The position numbers were made by a program, and so were the translations under genes. The notes below the pieces were generated by a model. The model searched no databases, was not told where the DNA came from, and saw only the letters and a list, made by a program, of their open reading frames with translations. Shown in pieces: positions 9,390 through 19,338 of a DNA stretch of 64,000 bases (its first letter is position 1; every line of letters starts with the position of its first letter). This DNA comes from Syntrophales bacterium (GTDB lineage: Bacteria; Desulfobacterota; Syntrophia; Syntrophales; UBA6807): NCBI GenBank assembly GCA_040767195.1, contig JAXGPA010000001.1, forward strand, positions 384,001-448,000, in the 5' to 3' direction.

Positions 9390-10385
9390 TCAATTTTTAC
9401 GATACCGGATGCCTGATGCCGTCACCACGGCGGTGACGAGCTCCGGGGGGGTGATGTCGAAGGCGGGGTACCTCGCCCGGACACGGGGCCCCGTAATGGG
9501 AATCCCCTGAAAGAAAAGAACCTCCGCTGGGTCCCGTTCCTCGATGGGGATGTCTTCTCCCCGTTCCGTTCGCCTGTCGGGACCGCCGTAACCGAGGACA
9601 TAAAAGGGAAGGCCGAAGTAATCGGCCAGGATGGCCAGCTGGAGGGTCCCCACCTTGTTGGCCACGGCACCGTCCATGGCGATCCGGTCCGCGGCGGTGA
9701 AAACCTTCCGGATCTCTCCCCGGGACATGAAAAAGGCGGCCATGTTGTCGGTAATCAGGGTGGTTTCCACACCCAGGCAACGGGCCGACCACGCCGTGAG
9801 CCTCGCCCCCTGGAGATAGGGCCGGGTCTCGGTGCAGAAAAGGCGGACCCGCTTTCCCTTCTCCCCGGCAAACCGCAGCATGTACAGGAGCCCCGCCCCG
9901 GCGAAACAGTGGGTGAGAATGGTGTCCTCCCGGTCGAGGAGAGTTTCCCCGAAACGGCCGGTGTCCCGGGAAACCTCCCGCTGGCGCTCCAAGGCCCTTT
10001 CCAGGAAACGGAGGATCACCGCCGGGGGATCCTGCTCCTTTTCCCGATCGACACGGTCAAGGAGCCGGTCGAGAAGGGCCGCCAGGTGATACCCCGTGGG
10101 CCGGGTCGCCTTGAGACGGCGGGCCGCCTCCCGAAGGTCCCCGGCGGACCGCCACCCCGGGCCGGGAGCGCGAAGGGCGGCCAGGTAGAGGCCGTACCCC
10201 GCCGTGATGGCGATGTCCCCCGCCCCCTGGACAACCATGTTTTCGATGGCCCGGGCCACTTCCTCCGCGCTTTCGCAGAAAACCGGCACAATCTCGCCGG
10301 GAAGCCGACGCCGGTCTATCAGGACGAGGCGATCCCCCTCCAGGTAGACATTGCTCGCCAGGTCCAGGAGGAGCGGGTCACTCAC
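9390..10385 (-). CDS. mtnA: Methylthioribose-1-phosphate isomerase / eIF2B-like family
   Basis: AIENMVVQGAGDIA, TRPTG, ILTHC, ETRPYLQGARLTAW, ITDNMA, ADRIAMDGAVANKVGT, PAFDITP. Confidence 0.88.
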   Translation of the reverse strand: MSDPLLLDLASNVYLEGDRLVLIDRRRLPGEIVPVFCESAEEVARAIENMVVQGAGDIAITAGYGLYLAALRAPGPGWRSAGDLREAARRLKATRPTGYHLAALLDRLLDRVDREKEQDPPAVILRFLERALERQREVSRDTGRFGETLLDREDTILTHCFAGAGLLYMLRFAGEKGKRVRLFCTETRPYLQGARLTAWSARCLGVETTLITDNMAAFFMSRGEIRKVFTAADRIAMDGAVANKVGTLQLAILADYFGLPFYVLGYGGPDRRTERGEDIPIEERDPAEVLFFQGIPITGPRVRARYPAFDITPPELVTAVVTASGIRYRKN

Positions 10386-10395
10386 GGCGGGCCTC

Positions 10396-11172
10396 TCAAC
10401 GGTCCTTCCACCGGGGCGGCCGTTTCTCGAGAACGGCCTCGATCCCCTCCCGGGCGTCTTCGGCGAAGCACTGGAGCGACATCATCTCCATGGCGTACCG
10501 GTAGGCCGACGGCTCGTCCAGGTCCACCTGGGCGTAGAAGGCCTGTTTCCCCGAGGCGAGGGTGTGGCGGCTGGCCCGGGCGATCTCGAGGGCCCACCGG
10601 GTCGTTTCCCCTTCCAGGGTCTCCGGGTCCGTGACCCGGTTGACCAGGCCGGCCTCGCGGGCTTCTTCCGCCGTCAGAAACCGGCCGGTGAAAAGCATGT
10701 CGAGAGCCCGCCGCCGGCCTATCACCCGGGAGAGGGGCACCATGGGGGTGATGCAGAAAAGACCGAGCATCGCTCCGGGCGTCTGAAACCGGGCACCGGA
10801 CTCCGCCACGACCAGGTCGACGGCGGCGACAAGCTGGCATCCCGCCGCCGTGGCGACACCATGGACCTGGGCGATGACGGGCTGGGGAATCTCGTGAAAC
10901 CGCTGCATCATCCGGGAGCAGGTGGAAAATATTTCCCGATACCGGTGCAGGTCGTCACCTTCCCCGGCGAGTTCCCGGAGGTCGTGGCCGGCGCTGAAGG
11001 CCGGCCCGTTTCCCTTGAGGATGGCCACCCGGATATGGGGGTCCCGAGCGATCTCATCCAGTTTTTCCTGAATTTTCGTCATCATTTCGAGAGAAAGGGC
11101 GTTTCTCCGGTCGGGCCGGTTCAGGACGAGCCGGGCCACCGGGCCCTCCTTCTCAAGAAGTACCGGTTCCAT
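10396..11172 (-). CDS. Enoyl-CoA hydratase/isomerase family protein
   Basis: LNRPDRRNAL, AFSAGHDL, AQVHGVATAAGCQL, TPG..GLFC, GLVNRV, EGIEA..EKRPPRW. Confidence 0.92.
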   Translation of the reverse strand: MEPVLLEKEGPVARLVLNRPDRRNALSLEMMTKIQEKLDEIARDPHIRVAILKGNGPAFSAGHDLRELAGEGDDLHRYREIFSTCSRMMQRFHEIPQPVIAQVHGVATAAGCQLVAAVDLVVAESGARFQTPGAMLGLFCITPMVPLSRVIGRRRALDMLFTGRFLTAEEAREAGLVNRVTDPETLEGETTRWALEIARASRHTLASGKQAFYAQVDLDEPSAYRYAMEMMSLQCFAEDAREGIEAVLEKRPPRWKDR

Positions 11173-11199
11173 CGTTCGTTCTCCTGGAATGATAAAATG

Positions 11200-11949
11200 C
11201 TAATCTTCTTTCAAGGTAAACCGCCAGGCGCAGTGCCACTCCTTGGGATGGGGGTCGGGCGGGCAGGCGATGCATTCCGTCTTGATCCGGGGATCGATGG
11301 ACTCGCCGAAAAGCCGGTATTCCACGAGGCCCGCCGACTTGCAGGGGTAATCCTCGAGGCCCCTCCGCGTCCGGGCCGACTGAACCCGGCAGTCGTTCAT
11401 CTGGAAGACGACGGTCCCCGGGGCCTCGTCGATGATGGACTGGACGTTGACCCGGGCGTACATGCGAAACCGGAGGGCCCTCTTCAGCCCTTCCAGGCCC
11501 GCCTTTTCGGGGAGTCCCAGGAATTGCTTTATCGACCAGACCTCGAAGGGGGAAAACCGGGTCCAGCAGGAGTCGTTGCATCGCTTGGCGTCATACATGT
11601 CCCTGTGGGATTCCACGGCCTGGAACCAGACACCGTCATCGGCCAGCCAGTTGACCCCGAGGTTGTTGATCAGGTTTATGAGCTCTTCCCGGGACATTTC
11701 CAGAAGCGGCTTGGGGATGCCGTTGACCATCTCGAAACCCAGGACCTTGGCCAGGCGGTTCATCTGTATGGAATAGCTGTTGGCCTTGGCGGTTTTCATG
11801 ATGTTCAGCGCTTCCTTCGAGCCAAACTGGTGCCATACCTCGCCGAACCACTGGGTGTAATGGACAATGATACGATGAAACATGTCGAGGGCGAACAACG
11901 CCAGCTCTTCCTGGTTCAGATCCTCCGGTTTTTCCACTTCCTTACGCAT
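11200..11949 (-). CDS. DUF6125-like protein (Cys-rich, V4R/H-NOX-like fold by inference)
   Basis: DGVWFQAVE, DCRVQSAR.RRGL..YPCK, CIACPPD...WHCAW motifs; GGAG RBS before ATG 11949. Confidence 0.75.
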   Translation of the reverse strand: MRKEVEKPEDLNQEELALFALDMFHRIIVHYTQWFGEVWHQFGSKEALNIMKTAKANSYSIQMNRLAKVLGFEMVNGIPKPLLEMSREELINLINNLGVNWLADDGVWFQAVESHRDMYDAKRCNDSCWTRFSPFEVWSIKQFLGLPEKAGLEGLKRALRFRMYARVNVQSIIDEAPGTVVFQMNDCRVQSARTRRGLEDYPCKSAGLVEYRLFGESIDPRIKTECIACPPDPHPKEWHCAWRFTLKED

Positions 11950-12166
11950 ACCTGTTCTCCTTTCCTCCTTTTTTTTACGATACCCCGCCTGAAACGCGAA
12001 GCCCCCTTTCAGGCACGGCGTTATACAACCCCGATTGAAACCACCGGCGGATGCCGGCGTCTTTTCGCCACTTCTTTCCCCGTAACCGGCCCTTGCGATC
12101 ATCTCTTCACGAAGGGAATCCCCAGGCCCGCTGACTCAAGAATGTCGATCCGGCCGGAACAAACCT

Positions 12167-12760
12167 TCACTGCAGGCCATCGAGGGCTTTGACAATCGAT
12201 TCCAGGGGCGGCCGCACGTTGATGTCGTGAACGTCGATGTACCGGATGACCCCTTTCTTGTCGATGATGAAAATCGCCCGCTCGGCCACGCCGGAGGATC
12301 GCAGGACGCCGTAACGGTCCGCCACGGCCCCGTGCGGCCAGAAATCGGAAAGAACGGGAAACCAGAGATCCCCCATCTGGTTCGTCCAGGCGAAAAGGGT
12401 GGGGACATTGTCCACCGAGATTCCCAGAAGGACGGCGTCGCGGCTTTCAAAAATTTTTCGCGCGAAATTATACCCCGGCCACTGGTCGGAACACACGGGC
12501 GTCCAGGCGGCAGGCACGAAAGACAGAACGACGTTCTTTTTGCCCCGGAAATCGCTCAAGGTAACCGTCTTCCCGTCAATGGAAGGGAGGGTAAAGCCGG
12601 GGGCCTTATCGCCGACCCGCACCTTGAGGACACTGTCCACGGGCTTGAGAGATCCCGCATCATAGACGTTCTTCTCATAAACATCGGAAAGACCGAAAGC
12701 CGTGACGGCCACCCCGAGAAAAATGAAAGCCGCCACACCAGTGAGAATCTTCTTCATCAT
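12167..12760 (-). CDS. Exported peroxiredoxin (AhpC/TSA, AhpE-like)
   Basis: Signal peptide; VGDKAPGFTL, FVPAAWTPVC (PxxxTxxC, TGT codon), GISVD, LSDFWPHGAVA, ERAIFIID. Confidence 0.88.
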   Translation of the reverse strand: MMKKILTGVAAFIFLGVAVTAFGLSDVYEKNVYDAGSLKPVDSVLKVRVGDKAPGFTLPSIDGKTVTLSDFRGKKNVVLSFVPAAWTPVCSDQWPGYNFARKIFESRDAVLLGISVDNVPTLFAWTNQMGDLWFPVLSDFWPHGAVADRYGVLRSSGVAERAIFIIDKKGVIRYIDVHDINVRPPLESIVKALDGLQ

Positions 12761-13344
12761 GGCTTCTTCACCTCCAGACCCGACTCTATGATAAGGAAAT
12801 CAAGAAATTCCCTGGGATTCTCGATTCCCCCGACGCGGGTGAAAAAAATTCGCGGGACGCCCTGGTCGTCCTTTCGAAGACCGATGTAAAAGGGTGTCCT
12901 CACCTCTCCGAATTTCTTGTGCATCTCGTAATTCCCGTCACTGAAAAGAGGGAAAGGCACCCCGTAGGTCTCCCGGAAAACCTGGACTTCATAAGGAGAA
13001 TTTCCCGCACCGATCCCGATGACCCTGATCTTTCCCCGAACCCCCGGGTCTTCCTCCATGAGCCGGTAAAAGGCGTTCACGTTTCCGGCATCTCTCTGGC
13101 AGTGGGGACAGTACATGCTGAAGATCTGGACGAGCAGGACGGGAGCGGTCACATCGGCGGGGGTGAAATGACCGGCACCGGAGAGTCCGAGGTATTTTTT
13201 CGCCCCCGGGTCCTGCGGCACGGGCAGGGAGAGACCCGGAAGGGGCTCACCCTTTTCATAGGAAATCCCGGCGCCCCAGACTCCCCCGGCGGGAACGAGA
13301 GCGAAAAGGACAACGAACACGACAATCCATGGCAACGGTTTCAT
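12757..13344 (-). CDS. Exported thioredoxin-fold (TlpA/redoxin-like) protein with CPHC
   Basis: Signal peptide; IFSMYCPHC and cis-Pro VRTP motif; AGGAGG RBS before ATG 13344; 4-nt overlap with the peroxiredoxin. Confidence 0.85.
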   Translation of the reverse strand: MKPLPWIVVFVVLFALVPAGGVWGAGISYEKGEPLPGLSLPVPQDPGAKKYLGLSGAGHFTPADVTAPVLLVQIFSMYCPHCQRDAGNVNAFYRLMEEDPGVRGKIRVIGIGAGNSPYEVQVFRETYGVPFPLFSDGNYEMHKKFGEVRTPFYIGLRKDDQGVPRIFFTRVGGIENPREFLDFLIIESGLEVKKP

Positions 13345-13501
13345 TGTTTCCTCCTGACGCAGAGCTGATTGAAAAAAGCCTGTAGACATCCCATGGCGTT
13401 TTATGTATCTTTTTGTTAGGAGAAAATGCAATCAAAAAAAAGAAAGCCGCGGTCGTGGGAAGTAACGGAAGGATACCGGTCCCTTGCGGCAGGGGGAAGG
13501 G

Positions 13502-13693
13502 ATGAACCCGATTTCAAGAACGCTTTATGTCCTGGCCGCCCTGGGACTCCTGTTCATTATCTGGCAGGCCGTACCCCCGGGAGGGTTTGAGGGGGAGGCC
13601 TGGGGAACGGGTATCCGTGTCCGGCTTGTCGGGTTCGCTGCCCTGATTCTTCTCATGGGCTATTTCGTCATAACCCGCCTGGGAAAGAAGTAA
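13502..13693 (+). CDS. Small membrane protein (2 predicted TM helices)
   Basis: Two hydrophobic segments, basic C-terminus, purine-rich RBS. Confidence 0.55.
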   Translation: MNPISRTLYVLAALGLLFIIWQAVPPGGFEGEAWGTGIRVRLVGFAALILLMGYFVITRLGKK

Positions 13694-13700
13694 CCTGTCG

Positions 13701-14852
13701 TCAGTCCGCCTGCTTTCTCAAGAACGTGGGAATTTCGAATTCACCCATGTCGTCGTCGTCTATGAGCCCCATCTTGACGATGGTCGCCTTTTCCGCTTTC
13801 TTCTCGTTTCTCAGGAAGGTCGGCCTTGAAAGATCGCCCCGGCTGAAGGGCGTGATGTGGGGGATGCTCGTGATCTCCCCGGATTTGGCTTCTTTCCTGT
13901 CGAATCCCGTGGCGATGACGGTGAGGCGGATCTCATCGCCCATGGAATCATCGATGACTGTCCCGAAGATGATGTTGGCCTCCTCGTGGGCTTCGTTCTG
14001 AATGAGCGTCGCCGCTTCCTTCACCTCGAAAAGGGTCATGTTGGACCCCCCGGTGATGTTCATGAGAATTCCCCGGGCGCCGTGGATGGTGTTGTCCTCC
14101 AGGAGGGGTGACGAGATGGCCCTCTGGGCGGCCTCGACGGCCCGGTTTTCCCCGGTGGCCACCCCTGTTCCCATGAGGGCAAGGCCCATTTCCGTCATGA
14201 TCGTCCGGATATCGGCGAAATCGAGATTGATGAGACCGGGCACGATAATGAGATCGGAAATTCCCTTGACGGCGTGAAGAAGAATTTCATCGGCCTTTTT
14301 GCGGGCGTCGATGAAGGACATGTTTCGTCCCGCCACGGCCACGAGGCGCTCGTTGGGGATGACGATGAGGGTGTCGACGATCTTTCTCAATTCCTCGATA
14401 CCCCTTTCAGCGACCAGGTCCTTCTTCTTTCCCTCGAAGAAGAAGGGCTTGGTCACCACGGCGATGGTCAGGGCTCCCAGGTCCTTGGCGATTTCGGCCA
14501 CCACCGGGCCCGCCCCCGTCCCCGTGCCGCCGCCCATGCCGGCGGCGATGAAGATCATGTCCGCCCCGGTGAGGGCTCTCTGGATCTCCTCTTTCGATTC
14601 CAGGGCCGCGTTCCGGCCCACCTCGGGATTGGACCCGGCTCCGTATCCCCGGGTGATTTCCACCCCCAGCTGGATCTTCAGGGGGCACTCGGACCGCTTC
14701 AGGACCTGGGCGTCCGTGTTGGCGGCGATGAACTCGACACCCTTCAGGCTGGACGTGACCATCATGTTTACCGCGTTTCCACCGGCCCCTCCGACACCGA
14801 TCACCTTGATCCGCGCCGGCGCATCTCCCATGTTTTCGACGATTTCAAACAT
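13701..14852 (-). CDS. ftsZ: Cell division GTPase FtsZ
   Basis: [24 protein letters not shown]-terminal [11 protein letters not shown]. Confidence 0.99.
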   Translation of the reverse strand: MFEIVENMGDAPARIKVIGVGGAGGNAVNMMVTSSLKGVEFIAANTDAQVLKRSECPLKIQLGVEITRGYGAGSNPEVGRNAALESKEEIQRALTGADMIFIAAGMGGGTGTGAGPVVAEIAKDLGALTIAVVTKPFFFEGKKKDLVAERGIEELRKIVDTLIVIPNERLVAVAGRNMSFIDARKKADEILLHAVKGISDLIIVPGLINLDFADIRTIMTEMGLALMGTGVATGENRAVEAAQRAISSPLLEDNTIHGARGILMNITGGSNMTLFEVKEAATLIQNEAHEEANIIFGTVIDDSMGDEIRLTVIATGFDRKEAKSGEITSIPHITPFSRGDLSRPTFLRNEKKAEKATIVKMGLIDDDDMGEFEIPTFLRKQAD

Positions 14853-14867
14853 GACAAACCCTCCCGT

Positions 14868-16097
14868 TTAAAAAAATTCTGAATACCACCGTTTCAGTTT
14901 CTGAAACAGTCGCGAAAAAAACCCCTCATCGCTCTTCCTGAAGGGCCGGGCCGAACGGTTCCTGAACCCGTGGACGATGAGCCCCACCCCCGTGGCGTAA
15001 AGGGGGCTGTTCACCACATCGGTGAGGCCGCCGACGCCCTGGGGGGACCCGCGCCGGACGGGCATCTGAAAGACCTGTTCCCCCAGCTCCGTGATGCCCT
15101 CGAGGATGGCCGTTCCACCGGTGAGAACGATGCCGGCGCCAAGAAGGTCTTCATACCCCGACTTGATGATCTCCCGGTGGGCGAGCCGGAGAATCTCCTC
15201 CACCCGGGGCTGGATGATCTCCCCGAGGATCTGGCGGGAAACCCGCCGGGGGGGACGCCCCCCGACGCTGGGAACCTCGATGGTCTCGTCGGGCTTGATC
15301 AGGGGAACGTAAGCGCTCCCATACTTGATCTTGATTTTTTCCGCCTCGTTGAGCGGCGTCCGCAGCCCCACGGCGATGTCGTTGGTGAGGTAATTCCCCC
15401 CTACGGCAAGGACGGAGCTGTGCTTGATGCTCCCTTCGGCGAAAACGGCGATGTCCGTGGTCCCGCCACCGATGTCGAGGATGGCGACGCCCAGTTCCTT
15501 CTCGTCGGTGGCCAGGACCGCCTCGCTCGAGGCCAGGGGTTCGAGAACGACATCGTTCACGTCGAGCCCCACCCGGTTGACCGATTTGACGATGTTCTGC
15601 ACCGAGGTGACGGAGGCGATGACCACGTGCACCTTCGCCTCCAGGCGGACGCCGGACATCCCGATGGGGTCTTTCACCCCATCCTGGTTGTCCACCACGA
15701 AGTACTGGGGAATCACGTGGAGAATCTCCCGGTCCAGGGGAACGGCCATGGCCCGGGCCGCCTCCACCGCTCTCCGGACGTCATCGCCGTCCACTTCCCT
15801 TCCCTTCACCGCCACGATCCCGTGGCTGTTCAATCCCTCGATGTGGCTCCCGGCGATCCCCGTGAAGACCGAGTTGATTTCGCAGCCCGACATGAGCTCC
15901 GCTTCCTCCACGGCCCTCCGGATGGACTCCACGGTGTTGTCGATGTTCACGACAACACCCTTGCGAAGGCCCGTCGAAGGATAGCTCCCGATCCCCACCA
16001 CGTCGACACCCCCCGTGTCGTTGCCCTCTCCGACAATGACACAGGTCTTGGTGGTTCCCAGATCCAGCCCGACAATGACATTCCCTTTTTTGGCCAT
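14868..16097 (-). CDS. ftsA: Cell division protein FtsA
   Basis: GLDLGTTK, GLRKGVVVNI, DIGGGTTD, VLTGG, YATGVGL. Confidence 0.98.
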   Translation of the reverse strand: MAKKGNVIVGLDLGTTKTCVIVGEGNDTGGVDVVGIGSYPSTGLRKGVVVNIDNTVESIRRAVEEAELMSGCEINSVFTGIAGSHIEGLNSHGIVAVKGREVDGDDVRRAVEAARAMAVPLDREILHVIPQYFVVDNQDGVKDPIGMSGVRLEAKVHVVIASVTSVQNIVKSVNRVGLDVNDVVLEPLASSEAVLATDEKELGVAILDIGGGTTDIAVFAEGSIKHSSVLAVGGNYLTNDIAVGLRTPLNEAEKIKIKYGSAYVPLIKPDETIEVPSVGGRPPRRVSRQILGEIIQPRVEEILRLAHREIIKSGYEDLLGAGIVLTGGTAILEGITELGEQVFQMPVRRGSPQGVGGLTDVVNSPLYATGVGLIVHGFRNRSARPFRKSDEGFFSRLFQKLKRWYSEFF

Positions 16098-16156
16098 TCC
16101 TCTTTTACCTCTCCCTCACGCACCCTTCTCCGCTGCTTTTTCCGGAAGTCGGAGGC

Positions 16157-17002
16157 TCATGCTTTCCACGACCCCCCATCGTTCTTATCCCTTTCCCGGT
16201 TCCACCGGATCTTCTGCACCACGATTTCGTCGACACTGATGCACGCCAGGTGAATCGGTTCCTCACAACCGTATCTTTCCCGGTAATTCTCGAACACCTC
16301 CGCCGCCCGGCGAAGCTTCCTTTCGTAATCTCCGAACCCCAGACCGACGCTGAACCCGGCGCTTGAAACCAGGGTGATCCCCGTCCGCCGGTCCCCGTGG
16401 ATCTCCGAGACTGTCCCGGGCGGCGGGAACCTCCCGGGCTGCCGGAGCAGCCGGAGAACGTCGAGAGACTCCCGGACCAGGGGGTTTTCCCTGCCTCCCG
16501 TTCCGTCAAAAATCCCCGTCAAGACAGGCGCTGCCGGTTCATCCCCTTTCTCGAAACGCTTGAAGGGCTCCCCCTGCCAGTCCATCATGTGGGGAACCTC
16601 GCCGATCATGACCACCGCCGCGCCTTTCCGCTCCTCGATTTCGATGACCAGGCGGTTCGGAAGCTCGCGCCCCAGGCAGGCGCTTTTCACCCAGGGATGG
16701 TTGAGGATCTTCCCCGCCTTTTCCTTCAGGTTCAGGGTCAGGATGTTGGCGTCCTTTTCCAGGTCCGCCAGTTTCAGAATGTCCCCTTCCGACAGGTGAT
16801 TCAGGCCCCGGACCACGGCCTTTTCCAGGGTGAAGCAGGAGGCCGTTATGACGAAACTGTAGCCGAAGACCAGGACAGCGCCGAGAAGGCCCGCCATGGC
16901 GACGAGGAAAACGGCTTTCCCGATTTCCCGGAGGATCCTGCCCCACCGGCGCCGAAGACGGTTCTTCCGAACCGCCAGCCGTGTCTTCAGAGAGACTCCC
17001 AT
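16157..17002 (-). CDS. ftsQ: Cell division protein FtsQ/DivIB
   Basis: Basic N-terminus, one TM, POTRA-like segment (PWVKSA..RELPNRLVIEIEER); position before ftsA. Confidence 0.9.
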   Translation of the reverse strand: MGVSLKTRLAVRKNRLRRRWGRILREIGKAVFLVAMAGLLGAVLVFGYSFVITASCFTLEKAVVRGLNHLSEGDILKLADLEKDANILTLNLKEKAGKILNHPWVKSACLGRELPNRLVIEIEERKGAAVVMIGEVPHMMDWQGEPFKRFEKGDEPAAPVLTGIFDGTGGRENPLVRESLDVLRLLRQPGRFPPPGTVSEIHGDRRTGITLVSSAGFSVGLGFGDYERKLRRAAEVFENYRERYGCEEPIHLACISVDEIVVQKIRWNRERDKNDGGSWKA

Positions 17003-17922
17003 CCCGTCTCCCCCACGATTTTTACCTCCGGTTCCAGAAAAATCCCTGTTCTCTCCAGAACCCGTTCCCGGACAAGGCGCATGAGGGCGATGATCTCCTC
17101 CGGCCCGGCGCCGCCTGCGTTGACGATGAAATTCCCGTGCTTTTCCGAGACCACGGCTCCTCCTACCCGAAGACCCTTGAGTCCCGCCTCGTCAATCCAT
17201 TTGCCCGCCGGACCCTCCGGTGGGTTTTTGAAAATCGACCCGGCGCTCCGCTGATCCACGGGATGCCTCTTCTTCCGTTCCTCGAGGATTTCGTTCACCC
17301 GGTCCCGGATTTTCCGCCCGTCCCCCCGGGAGAGGGCGAAGGTACCCTCCAGGATCACGGCCTTCTCGGGAAGGTCGAGGCTCCGGTAGCGGAAGGCCAG
17401 TTCTTCCCGGCTGAGATCCCGGATCGCCGCCCTCCCGTTGACGAGCCGCAGCGACCGGAGAACGTCCTTGATTTCCCCGCCCCAGGCCCCGGCATTCATC
17501 CGGATCGCACCGCCCACGGTCCCGGGAATCCCGGCTAAAAATTCCAGACCGGTGAGAGAGCGGGCGGCGGAGAACTGAACGAGCCGGAACAGGGAAACTC
17601 CTGTCTCGGCCGTGACGGCCACCCGGTCTTCCTCTTCCCGGTGGGCAAGATTATCCAGGCCTCCCAGGAAGAGAAAAACCCCCCGGTACCCCCCTTCCCG
17701 AACGATGAGGTTCGTACCATTCCCCAGGGGAAGGAAAGGGATATCCTCGGCGATGAAGAGAAAAACAAGTTCCCGGACCTCCGCCCCGCTTTGGGGACAG
17801 ACCAGGCAATCCACCGGGCCGCCGACCCCCATGGACGTGTGCCTCGCCATGGGTTCCCGGAGAAAGACCCGGCCGGGCATCCGCCCGGAAAGCACCCGGT
17901 ATGTCTCCTCGTGGTGCTTCAT
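16987..17922 (-). CDS. murB: UDP-N-acetylenolpyruvoylglucosamine reductase
   Basis: HTSMGVGG, LGNGTNLIV, GIPGTVGGAIRMNAGA, SAGSIFKNP, SEKHGNFIVN, LEPEV; ATG 17922 overlaps the murC stop. Confidence 0.96.
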   Translation of the reverse strand: MKHHEETYRVLSGRMPGRVFLREPMARHTSMGVGGPVDCLVCPQSGAEVRELVFLFIAEDIPFLPLGNGTNLIVREGGYRGVFLFLGGLDNLAHREEEDRVAVTAETGVSLFRLVQFSAARSLTGLEFLAGIPGTVGGAIRMNAGAWGGEIKDVLRSLRLVNGRAAIRDLSREELAFRYRSLDLPEKAVILEGTFALSRGDGRKIRDRVNEILEERKKRHPVDQRSAGSIFKNPPEGPAGKWIDEAGLKGLRVGGAVVSEKHGNFIVNAGGAGPEEIIALMRLVRERVLERTGIFLEPEVKIVGETGWESL

Positions 17923-19328
17923 TTTCCCTGCCCTTCTTTTTCCTCCAGGAAGGACATTCCCATCTTCCAGACGTTTCCCGCGCCCATGGTGACGACCAGG
18001 TCTCCCGGGGAGGTCTCCCCCAGGAGAAAACCCACCACGTCTTCCGAGCCGGGGAGATACCGGCAATTCTTCGGCCCGCGCTTTGCCACGGCTTCCGCCA
18101 GGGGCCTGGCGTGGACGCCTGCCAGGGGCTGCTCGCTGGCCTCGTAGATGTCCGTGATGACGAGCACGTCGGCGTCCCCGAAAGCGCCGCAGAACTCGTC
18201 GAAAAGGGCCTTGGTGCGGGTGTACCGGTGGGGCTGGAACACAACGACAAGCCGCCGTTCCGGCCAGGCCTCCCGGGCCGCCCGGAGGGTGGCCCGGATT
18301 TCCGTGGGGTGATGGCCGTAATCGTCCACCACGAGGACCCCGCCGGTCTCCCCCTTGATTTCCAGGCGGCGATGGACCCCCGTGTAGGTCCGAATACCCT
18401 CCCGGATGATGGGAAAGGCCATTTCCAGTTCCCGGGCCACGGCGATGGACGCCATGGCGTTCAGGACGTTGAAGAGACCGGGAACCTGCAGCTCCACCGG
18501 TCCCAGGACCCGGTCTCCGTAATGAAGGGTAAAATGGCTTCCCCGCCCCTCGAGCCGGATGTCCGACGCCCGGTAGTGAGCCTCCCGGGAAAACCCGTAG
18601 GATATCCACCGGCGCTTGATCTCCGGGAGAATGGCCCGGACATGCTCGTCGTCGATGCACAGGATGGTGGTTCCATAGAAGGGGACCAGGTTGGCGAACT
18701 TGAGAAAGGCCTCCTTGATTTCCTCGATCCCCGCGTAGTGGTCCAGGTGCTCCCGGTCGATGTTGGTGATGACGGCGACGGCGGGAAGAAGCTTCAGAAA
18801 GGACCCGTCGCTTTCATCGGCCTCGGCCACGAGAACCTCGCCGTCTCCCAGGCGCGCGTTGCCGCCGATCATGGCGAGCTTGCCTCCGATCACCATGGTG
18901 GGATCCATGCCCCCGTGGGCCAGGATCGTGGAAATCATGGACGTGGTCGTGGTTTTTCCGTGAGAGCCGGAAACGGCCACGGAAAACTTCATTTTCAGAA
19001 GTTCGGCGAGCATCTCCGCCCTGGGGATGACGGGAATGGCCCGGGCCCGCGCTTCCAGGACCTCGGGGTTGCCTTCCCTGACGGCGGTGGACGTGACCAC
19101 CACATCGGCGTTTCCCACGTTCGCCCTTTCATGGCCGTAAAAGATGCGGGCCCCCAGCCGGACCAGGCGGTCCGTCAGGTCCGAAGCCTGAAGATCCGAT
19201 CCGCTGATACGGTACCCCAGGTTGAGAAGAACCTCGGCGATACCGCTCATCCCGATCCCGCCGATGCCGACGAAGTGGATCTCCCGGATTTTTCTTTTCA
19301 TGAAATCCCGCTTCAGAGGATCGACCAT
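17919..19328 (-). CDS. murC: UDP-N-acetylmuramate--L-alanine ligase
   Basis: HFVGIGGIGMSG, GSHGKTTTTS, EADESDGSF, DDYGHHPTE, FQPHRYTRT; start may be 19301. Confidence 0.98.
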   Translation of the reverse strand: MVDPLKRDFMKRKIREIHFVGIGGIGMSGIAEVLLNLGYRISGSDLQASDLTDRLVRLGARIFYGHERANVGNADVVVTSTAVREGNPEVLEARARAIPVIPRAEMLAELLKMKFSVAVSGSHGKTTTTSMISTILAHGGMDPTMVIGGKLAMIGGNARLGDGEVLVAEADESDGSFLKLLPAVAVITNIDREHLDHYAGIEEIKEAFLKFANLVPFYGTTILCIDDEHVRAILPEIKRRWISYGFSREAHYRASDIRLEGRGSHFTLHYGDRVLGPVELQVPGLFNVLNAMASIAVARELEMAFPIIREGIRTYTGVHRRLEIKGETGGVLVVDDYGHHPTEIRATLRAAREAWPERRLVVVFQPHRYTRTKALFDEFCGAFGDADVLVITDIYEASEQPLAGVHARPLAEAVAKRGPKNCRYLPGSEDVVGFLLGETSPGDLVVTMGAGNVWKMGMSFLEEKEGQGK

Positions 19329-19338
19329 GGTGAACCCC

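Noticed and set aside
10351..12192. Long opposite-strand ORFs (e.g. 10351-12192, 1582-3363, 25309-27009, 57362-59221)
   Set aside because: Shadow frames of well-supported genes in high-GC DNA; no motifs or RBS.
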